64,000 nucleotides of DNA from IMG/VR virus record IMGVR_UViG_3300010885_020237, positions 1 through 64,000 of that record. One strand, written 5' to 3'. This DNA is from a virus. Positions within the stretch are counted from its first letter, which is position 1, and each line of letters begins with the position of its first letter. The translations under genes and the position numbers were made by a program. This document shows, in pieces, positions 57,344 to 64,000 of the stretch. The notes beneath the pieces were generated by a model, which ran no database searches, had not been told where the DNA came from, and was given only the letters and a program-made list of their open reading frames with translations.

Positions 57344-57922
57344 CTAGTTTATTTGTGTTTTTAATAATTTCGTTACGTAAGCTTTAGATTTATTTAAATA
57401 TTTTGCTAAAGCCGTCTGTGATTCAAATTCAATTTTGTCGTATACAACCTTTAATCTTTTTGGACTAGCTTTATCTTTCCAATATCCTGGTTTTCCATAA
57501 AGAGGATTTAATTCTCCAACTCTACCAAAACAAGGATTTTTTTCTCCTTTAGAAGCCAAACTCTTTTTTCTTTTTGACTCTTCAGTGTGAATTTGATTTT
57601 TAGCGGCTAATCTACATTTGTCTTTAGTTTCTTTTGTGTGTCTAAATCCAACTGTTCCTTCTCCACCATCAGTCAAATTAACCAATGTTCCAAGTCGTAA
57701 ATCTCGTCTACCGTAAAGAGCTATAAATTCTTTTTCTTTTTCTTTTGCTTGTTCCCAAGTTAAGTCTTCAAATAGAATTTCAATTTCGTAACCTTTTGCG
57801 GCGATATTCTTCCAGATTCTAGTTCGATTTGTTTTATGATATGCTCTAGATTCGCTTTCTCCTATTCCTATATAAAAAACCTCTTGTTTGTCCGTTCTTA
57901 TGTGTCTGTATAATATTGCCAA
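57344..57922 (-). CDS. GIY-YIG (LEM-3-like) homing endonuclease, paralogue of 42925..43485
   Basis: LYRH...FYIGIG...RA, YGRRDL..GTLVNLTDGGEG, HTKETK; TTG start. Confidence 0.8.
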   Translation of the reverse strand: MAILYRHIRTDKQEVFYIGIGESESRAYHKTNRTRIWKNIAAKGYEIEILFEDLTWEQAKEKEKEFIALYGRRDLRLGTLVNLTDGGEGTVGFRHTKETKDKCRLAAKNQIHTEESKRKKSLASKGEKNPCFGRVGELNPLYGKPGYWKDKASPKRLKVVYDKIEFESQTALAKYLNKSKAYVTKLLKTQIN

Positions 57923-57950
57923 AATGTTCTCTTATAAATATGGCTTTCAC

Positions 57951-58505
57951 CTATTTTTTCTTTGCTGCGTCTGCTTTTTTCTTATCATCAGCTTTTTTAG
58001 CTTCCACTTCTTTTTTCTTCTTATCTTCTGCGGCTTTTTTCTTTTTTTCTTCTGCAGCTTTTTTAGGATCTACTTTTACTTTGCTTTCATTTTGAAAGCC
58101 TTTTGCTTGATCAGCTGCTCCAGATACACCTTTACCTACAGTATTGTAAGCTTCGATGAATCCTTTCATACCTTTAAGATTATTGTCTTTCATGTATTTA
58201 AACATGTTTTTTACAATACCAACGCTTAGTCCTAAGAAACCTGCTAATGGTATAGCAAACGGTATAAGATCCATCAAACTGGTTTCTTCCATTTTCTCTT
58301 TCTTTTCGCCTGTTTTAGCTTTTGCAGCTCTAGCTTTTGCGATCATTGCGTTAGTCTTGTCATTATGTTCTTTCTCTTGTTTCTGTATAGAAGCTTTCAC
58401 TTTTTCAGGGGTTGCTTTATCAGTAGCTTCTAGTAATGCTTTCTTAAGAGCAGATTCGTATAATGCCTTGGGAACTTTTATTCTAATTAATGTGTTATCT
58501 TTCAT
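57951..58505 (-). CDS. Lys/Ala-rich hypothetical protein with central hydrophobic segment
   Basis: IRIKVPKALYES; KKAAEE/KKAAED repeats. Confidence 0.6.
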   Translation of the reverse strand: MKDNTLIRIKVPKALYESALKKALLEATDKATPEKVKASIQKQEKEHNDKTNAMIAKARAAKAKTGEKKEKMEETSLMDLIPFAIPLAGFLGLSVGIVKNMFKYMKDNNLKGMKGFIEAYNTVGKGVSGAADQAKGFQNESKVKVDPKKAAEEKKKKAAEDKKKKEVEAKKADDKKKADAAKKK

Positions 58506-58528
58506 TTATAGTTTATTTATGGTGGTTA

Positions 58529-60565
58529 TTATTGAGCAAAAGTTGCTCCAGTTGGCATTATGTTGAAATCTAATTGGATAAATTCTGCTACTCTTGTAGG
58601 CTGTAAGTAAATACTTCCAACTAAGATATTTCTATCTATTGTATCAGGAGTGTTGTTAGATTCATCCATGATAACTTGGAAAGCATAAAGACCTTGTCTT
58701 TGTTGAACTGATTCTAAGTAAGGATTAACTTGAGTTAAGAATTTATTTCTTGTTACTTGAGTATTAGGTTCGAATACTAGAGTCTGTCCAATTTGACCAA
58801 TGTATCTCTTAAGGGAGATTAATAGTCTTCTAACGTTTACTCTGTCTAGAGCTGATGGTTTAGCTTGTAAGGTTTTTTGACCGTAGATTACTGTACCAAC
58901 TCCAGCGAATGTAGCAATTGGGTTAACTTTTGCTGCGTATAAAGTATTTCTATCATTGATAGATAATCTTCTTTCTGGTTGTAATACTGTAGAAAGACCT
59001 CCTCTATTTAAACCTGCTGGTGCAAACCATTCTGCAGATACTTTATCATTGTATTCGTATACTGATGGAACGATAGTTGAAGCTGGAATAAAATTCATTC
59101 TGCCAGTTTCGCTAGATCTTATTTGAATCCAAGGCCAATAAGTGGCTCCATAAGAGTTATCAAATGAAATCGCTGCGTCAGTAACTGTTCCGATATTATT
59201 TTGATATCCAACTAAATCTATTACTGCGATATTATCACCTCTAGTTGAAGCTAATTGCAATAAGTTGTTTACTTGCGAATTTGCGTTTTTACTAGTCAAT
59301 CCTGGAGCATATACTACATTAAAGTCGTATTGATCTTTATTACCTAAAATGCTAATTGCAGTATTGTAATCAGGTCCGTAAATTCCTTGAATGTTAGTTG
59401 TTGGAGTTGCGTACGCAGATGTTGTATTTGGAATATTCTCAAACATGTTTAAAGAAGCTGAATTGAACGATCCATAGAATTGTCCAGTTGCTCCGCTAAA
59501 TCCACCATTTAATGAACCAGATCCAACTAAAGGCATAGAGCCAGTAAATTGGGTTTGAGGTGTACCAGTTTGTGAGAAATAGTTAGGAGTTGGTAAAAAT
59601 ACATTGCTAACGTATACGTAATTTGATTTATTCGTATAGCTACCAGTATTTTGTATATAGTATGTTCCTGAAGTTGAATCATATCCTACATTTTGGAATT
59701 GATCTCCAATAACATAAGATATATAATTATTTTGATTTGGATCCAAAGACAAGTTAGTCCATGATTCTAATATAGTTTTGCTATTTTCATAGTCATCTCC
59801 TCTTCTAATATTCAATGAGAATAAACCAGATCCAGAAGCAGAAGATACAATTTCGTATCTAACATTTGCTGAAGATCCTGAAGGTAACGCGCCTGATACA
59901 GTTGATCCAGTTGCATTATTCATTACTGTACCTACAGATAAAGTAGATAGTGAAAATGCTTGTGAATTTGTACCATTACCATAGAATACAGTAGTAGATC
60001 CTGATGTGTAATAATAAGAGTTTCCAGTAACACCAATTGTTTTAGCAGTAACTACTAATGAAGGTGTAGCAAATGATGCAGTACTATTTATAATAGTGTT
60101 AGCATTTATAGATGCTGTTGCATTATTATAAACGTCTTGTGCTGAAGATCCAGAGATAAGTACATTCACTCCATTAAAGCTAGCAGAATAAGCAGTTGTA
60201 ACTGCACTGGTTAGATTTAAGGACGCAGATGCGTAAGTTAATCCAATATTACTTAATACACTAGCATTTGCTACTGTATAAGATCCAGAAGCTACTCTTG
60301 TAATCAATAAAGATTGACCTCCTTGATTAAAATAGTTGAATGCTGCGATACTAGTTAAATACTCTTGAGTAATACCTCCAGAAACGAAGGTAGCACCAAA
60401 TGTGGCTTTGTATTCAGAGTAAGAAGTAACTACGGTTGGTATATTAACTGGTCCTATTACGGTTGGTCCTAATAAAGCTGCTCCTGCAGCAATTGGTCCT
60501 TGTGTTATTTGACTCTTGTCGTTCTCTGTTAGGAAAACGCCGGGACTAATGATTGTTTCGGCCAT
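58529..60565 (-). CDS. tail sheath protein
   Basis: ISPGVF..E.D, YWPW, WFAPAGLNRG, VNPIA, GQKTLQ, LDRVNVRRLL, AEFI.LDF. Confidence 0.95.
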   Translation of the reverse strand: MAETIISPGVFLTENDKSQITQGPIAAGAALLGPTVIGPVNIPTVVTSYSEYKATFGATFVSGGITQEYLTSIAAFNYFNQGGQSLLITRVASGSYTVANASVLSNIGLTYASASLNLTSAVTTAYSASFNGVNVLISGSSAQDVYNNATASINANTIINSTASFATPSLVVTAKTIGVTGNSYYYTSGSTTVFYGNGTNSQAFSLSTLSVGTVMNNATGSTVSGALPSGSSANVRYEIVSSASGSGLFSLNIRRGDDYENSKTILESWTNLSLDPNQNNYISYVIGDQFQNVGYDSTSGTYYIQNTGSYTNKSNYVYVSNVFLPTPNYFSQTGTPQTQFTGSMPLVGSGSLNGGFSGATGQFYGSFNSASLNMFENIPNTTSAYATPTTNIQGIYGPDYNTAISILGNKDQYDFNVVYAPGLTSKNANSQVNNLLQLASTRGDNIAVIDLVGYQNNIGTVTDAAISFDNSYGATYWPWIQIRSSETGRMNFIPASTIVPSVYEYNDKVSAEWFAPAGLNRGGLSTVLQPERRLSINDRNTLYAAKVNPIATFAGVGTVIYGQKTLQAKPSALDRVNVRRLLISLKRYIGQIGQTLVFEPNTQVTRNKFLTQVNPYLESVQQRQGLYAFQVIMDESNNTPDTIDRNILVGSIYLQPTRVAEFIQLDFNIMPTGATFAQ

Positions 60566-60587
60566 TTATGATGTTTTTTATCTGCTA

Positions 60588-60595
60588 ATAAATAT
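60588..60595 (-). promoter_or_regulatory. phage-specific ATATTTAT motif (representative copy upstream of sheath)
   Basis: ataaatat on + at 1611, 15214, 19298, 21385, 22314, 23774, 32177, 32885, 35970, 39378, 43592, 44937, 55694, 56769, 57934, 60588, 61627, 61976; each lies just upstream of a minus-strand start or leader. Confidence 0.7.
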
Positions 60596-60616
60596 AGTGC
60601 AGTTGGTCAAAACGAT

Positions 60617-60856
60617 TTATTGAAATTCTCCGGTAGTAATATTTATTGAAACGTTACCGTATTTTTCTCTAAGATCATTAAATAGAGATTGCTCTCTTAA
60701 TTTAATCTCTCGTATTTTTGTGGTTTGATCCTCTATTTGAATCTGTAAAACTGTTTTTTGATAGTTTAATTCTCCTAGTGAGGAAGCGATTTCTAAAGCG
60801 TCCTGCTTTATTAGTTCAAGACGCTTTAGTTCATCATCAGTTATTTTTGTAGACAT
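60617..60856 (-). CDS. small coiled-coil phage protein
   Basis: L.EKYG..SINI.TGE motif. Confidence 0.65.
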   Translation of the reverse strand: MSTKITDDELKRLELIKQDALEIASSLGELNYQKTVLQIQIEDQTTKIREIKLREQSLFNDLREKYGNVSINITTGEFQ

Positions 60857-60883
60857 CTATTTATATTATTTTTATTGCTAGAA

Positions 60884-61321
60884 TTATTCGCCTACAGTAA
60901 TTAACTTGAAAAAGATATTGTAATTATTATCTGTTTCTACATTATCAAAATCTTGTAATTTAAAACTTTTATATTCTAAATCACGATCTTCGCTTAATAA
61001 TAGATTAAAATCGTTTTGAAATTTGGTAAACTCTGGGTTTGCCTCATTAACATTGTCTTTTACGTACATTGGAATGCTAACGTTACCTTCTTCATCGGTT
61101 GTGCCGTACTTTTTGATTAACTCCTCTTTAAGTTTTTCGATTGACTCTTTTTCAGCAGATACTTTCTTAAGCAAGTCGTTTAACCAATATTTTGTGGTTA
61201 ATTTAATTTTCTCATTTAATAACCCTTTAGCTAGTACTTCACCTGTTTTAAGGTTAGTAACGCCATTTAATTCAGCTTCTAACTGATAGAACTCATGTAA
61301 CTTTAATGAAATTTTCTTCAT
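60884..61321 (-). CDS. hypothetical protein
   Basis: Start MKKISL at 61321; ELIKKYG. Confidence 0.65.
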   Translation of the reverse strand: MKKISLKLHEFYQLEAELNGVTNLKTGEVLAKGLLNEKIKLTTKYWLNDLLKKVSAEKESIEKLKEELIKKYGTTDEEGNVSIPMYVKDNVNEANPEFTKFQNDFNLLLSEDRDLEYKSFKLQDFDNVETDNNYNIFFKLITVGE

Positions 61322-61325
61322 ATTT

Positions 61326-61607
61326 TTATTTTGTTTTTTTAGCTGCAGTTTTTGCAACTGGTTTTTTAGCTTCTAGAGCTTTTACAGCGGTAACTTTAGT
61401 TTTTACTTGATCAGTTGTTTGCTTGATTTCAGAAACTATTTCATTTTTAGGGGCTAATTCAGCAGCTTTTTCAACTACTTGTTTAACCTCTTCAATTGCA
61501 GGTGAGATCGCATTTTCAACTTGTTCAGCAAATTTGCTAATTTTTGACTTGTTTAATAGTACAGCAACTATTACTGTTGCTACTAAAATTGTGATTACGA
61601 ATACCAT
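61326..61607 (-). CDS. single-TM protein with Lys/Ala-rich tail
   Basis: N-terminal hydrophobic helix. Confidence 0.6.
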   Translation of the reverse strand: MVFVITILVATVIVAVLLNKSKISKFAEQVENAISPAIEEVKQVVEKAAELAPKNEIVSEIKQTTDQVKTKVTAVKALEAKKPVAKTAAKKTK

Positions 61608-61650
61608 TTTTGTTTTTTTGTTTTATATAAATATTAAAAGCCAATTAATT

Positions 61651-61947
61651 TTATTTTGATAGCTGTAAATTCCAAGCATTACAAACGTAAACTACTACTT
61701 TATCAGCTAAAGAACCGCTACCAGGTAATGTTGATCCAGTTACATTAAAGTTATCATAAAATACATCTCCTGCCATTGGAGCTGGTGGCATTGAACCTGT
61801 TGGGATATAGCTTAATCTAGCGTTAATGCTAACTATATCTGAGAATACTTGCTGGGTAGCGTCGATATATACGCTATTTGCTGTTTTAGTTAAAACAGAT
61901 TTGTCTGCAATTTGAAATTGATTGTTTGTTGATCCTAAAAGTGCCAT
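61651..61947 (-). CDS. hypothetical virion-associated protein
   Basis: 98 aa after tail fibre genes. Confidence 0.55.
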   Translation of the reverse strand: MALLGSTNNQFQIADKSVLTKTANSVYIDATQQVFSDIVSINARLSYIPTGSMPPAPMAGDVFYDNFNVTGSTLPGSGSLADKVVVYVCNAWNLQLSK

Positions 61948-62039
61948 AATTTTTGTTTTTATTTGTTTGATATATATAAATATATGAAAAAAGATTTGAG
62001 AATAAAAATTTATTTTATTTGTGACTCAAATTATTTATT

Positions 62040-62735
62040 TTAATATCCGCAATATGAATTTTGTGTATCATCTGTTATATATCCATAACTTGGTCCAGAT
62101 GTTCCATACGATATTTCAAAATAACCTCCAGTCAGGGAATCACGACTCCAAGCACTTGTTATAGGTACGCCTGATCTAATTACTACATTATAAGCGGTTA
62201 CTCCTGCACAATCTATCCAGAAATTAGCCACATAATAATAATATGTTATTGCGCAAGATTGAATTTGAGCAATTATATTACTAGAAGAGCTTGTCATTAG
62301 AATAGCTTCATCTGTAGAAGAATTCCATATCCATAATCCAGAGAAATCACTAAATGTAGCAGGATAATATACTCCACCGCTTAAATAATAAAGAGAACTT
62401 CCTACAGATAATGTTGAAGAAGATGAATAAAATGTTGATGAAGTTCCAGTAATATGGGCGCAAGCTTCATTTTGTGTAGCATAACCTTGTCTATTAAACT
62501 TCGGAGATATATAATAAATAGTAAAAGAATACAATGAAGTACACGCATGGCAATATGAATACCAACTAGCTAATGATACTGTTCCTGTAGATGGAGGTAG
62601 TGTTGGTGAATACGGATTTAAAGCCACATATCCTCCAGATCTAGCGATGTCCATATCAAAAGGAGCTTGAGTTGATATACCCAATTCGATCCTTATATCA
62701 TTCATACTTATTGTTCCACTAGCAGGTAAAGCCAT
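62040..62735 (-). CDS. tail fibre-associated protein
   Basis: MALPASGTISMNDIRIELG N-terminus typical of phage genes following S74-type fibres; Ser/Tyr-rich. Confidence 0.65.
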   Translation of the reverse strand: MALPASGTISMNDIRIELGISTQAPFDMDIARSGGYVALNPYSPTLPPSTGTVSLASWYSYCHACTSLYSFTIYYISPKFNRQGYATQNEACAHITGTSSTFYSSSSTLSVGSSLYYLSGGVYYPATFSDFSGLWIWNSSTDEAILMTSSSSNIIAQIQSCAITYYYYVANFWIDCAGVTAYNVVIRSGVPITSAWSRDSLTGGYFEISYGTSGPSYGYITDDTQNSYCGY

Positions 62736-64000
62736 TACTTACTATTTATTAGATTTTTTAATTCTTCTATTTGGGATTGTTGTTCTTTAATAGCTTCAAT
62801 TAATAATCCGACTATATTTCCATACGCTACTGAGTATATGCCTTTATGATCTAAGCTAACTGCTTCAGGCAATACCTCTAGTAATTCTTGAGCAATAATT
62901 CCTGTATGTCTTTTATTTTTAAATTCTTCTTTTGCATCATTTCTTGTAAAAGTAACACCTCTTATAGCTTGTACTTTTTCTATAGCGTTAGGAATTAATT
63001 CTACATTATCCTTTAATCTTGCATCAGAATACGCTGTTACGTTTCCTCCTGCATAAAAATTACCGCCAATATTTAAACTATCATAATAGGGATTAACATA
63101 AATTTCAGCTGTTCCAAAAACACCATTTCCACTACCCCATAATACTTGGTAATTACTATTACTATTATTATTATAGTTTATAGTTACATTACCTGCTGTT
63201 AAAGATGATGCTGTTCCAGTTAAACCTGCCCCTGATCCATTGAATTGACCTGATATCCAAATATTAGTAGATATAGCTGCCATTGTTACACCATTCTGCA
63301 TGACTAACAATCCATGGCTACTTAAATTTGCTGCTTGACCACCTGCGGCAGGATAAGACCATGATAGTCCATATAAATTGCCAGGAGTTGTACCATCCGC
63401 AGATAACCTATAAGCATCACCCATTGTAAATATTCCTTGAAATCTATATGCACTATATAAACCTACTAGTCCATAACCATAGTTGGCATTTGTAAAAACA
63501 TCAGAGCCTGATGCTAGATAAGTAGCTGAATAAACAGCTCCTCCAAAATAATTATATCCTGCTAAACTTTTAATACCTTTACCACCACCAACATGTAGAG
63601 AATAGCTAGAGTCTGTAACTGAACTATTGATACCCATACAAGCATTCCCTCTATTATAAAAAGTCCACCAAGTCCCTGATGGTTCATAGTAAATACCGCC
63701 ATTCCCACTACTATCATACATCACAGGATTTACTTGGCTATATGCATCATAAAATCCACTATAACTATTTTTACTATTAACAATTTTCCATTGAGTATAA
63801 GTTGAACTACCATTCCCTGTCCATCCTGCTGAATAAACAGAGTCATAAAATGTTGTAGCAACTACATAACTTCCAAATGAACCTATTCCTGCAATTGTTT
63901 GATTACCTGACATATCTAATTGCCATCTATTAGCTGCAGCACTCCATCCTCCAATTCTTAATACATTATCAGCATCAAGACCAAAGTTTACTGCGTAATT
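62735..64000 (-). CDS. tail fibre with C-terminal intramolecular chaperone (peptidase S74); 5' end beyond window
   Basis: TAYSDARLKDN, GIIAQE...VLPEAV, VAYGNIVGLLIEAIKE; frame is open to 64000 (NYAVNFGLDADNVLRIGGWS). Confidence 0.9.
   Translation of the reverse strand, partial: NYAVNFGLDADNVLRIGGWSAAANRWQLDMSGNQTIAGIGSFGSYVVATTFYDSVYSAGWTGNGSSTYTQWKIVNSKNSYSGFYDAYSQVNPVMYDSSGNGGIYYEPSGTWWTFYNRGNACMGINSSVTDSSYSLHVGGGKGIKSLAGYNYFGGAVYSATYLASGSDVFTNANYGYGLVGLYSAYRFQGIFTMGDAYRLSADGTTPGNLYGLSWSYPAAGGQAANLSSHGLLVMQNGVTMAAISTNIWISGQFNGSGAGLTGTASSLTAGNVTINYNNNSNSNYQVLWGSGNGVFGTAEIYVNPYYDSLNIGGNFYAGGNVTAYSDARLKDNVELIPNAIEKVQAIRGVTFTRNDAKEEFKNKRHTGIIAQELLEVLPEAVSLDHKGIYSVAYGNIVGLLIEAIKEQQSQIEELKNLINSK

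Noticed and set aside
1173-61659. Short + strand ORFs in the track (e.g. 3115, 12632, 15189, 48335, 57888, 58156)
   Set aside because: Antisense shadows of well-supported minus-strand genes
1-64000. Stop-codon reassignment
   Set aside because: Genes are full length in code 11, TAG stops fall at normal gene ends, and no suppressor tRNA is seen

Overview
AT-rich (roughly 30% GC by eye) 64 kb segment of a large contractile-tailed (myovirus-type) phage genome. Essentially all genes are on the minus strand and read correctly in the standard code. The host is probably a Bacteroidota: TAnnTTTG-type promoters are present, Shine-Dalgarno sites are not evident, and a lipoprotein carries D-S/T motifs. 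Order from low to high coordinates: HNH protein and hypotheticals; a ~13 kb glycosylation/acylation island (GT2s, GT4s, methyltransferases, PIG-L deacetylase, LbH acyltransferase, FabG, FabH); PD-(D/E)XK nuclease; an RNA cluster (tRNA-Gln, two tRNA-like units, a chimeric tRNA-Glu, tmRNA); a membrane/lysis module; a nucleotide-modification cluster (cytosine-type thymidylate-synthase homologue, dCMP deaminase, dUTPase, DUF6378-like, PLP enzyme, GDSH protein); GroEL/GroES/Hsp20; replication genes (PolA, NrdAB, DnaB, 5'-3' exonuclease, RecA, gp32-like SSB, second PolA-like); and tail genes (hub, tape measure, chaperones, tube, sheath, fibre). Five free-standing homing-endonuclease-like genes are interspersed. 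Most notable unexplained signals: (1) a ~100-nt two-hairpin kissing-loop RNA with fully compensatory 7-nt loops in front of two different endonuclease genes; (2) an array of tRNA-like units sharing acceptor/T arms and separated by structured spacers; (3) a candidate cytosine hypermodification pathway; (4) a candidate 3-hydroxyacyl-aminosugar pathway; (5) an 18-bp long-range stem enclosing hsp20; (6) a candidate frameshift in the tail chaperone genes. All functional calls come from motif recognition by eye; no database searches were run.
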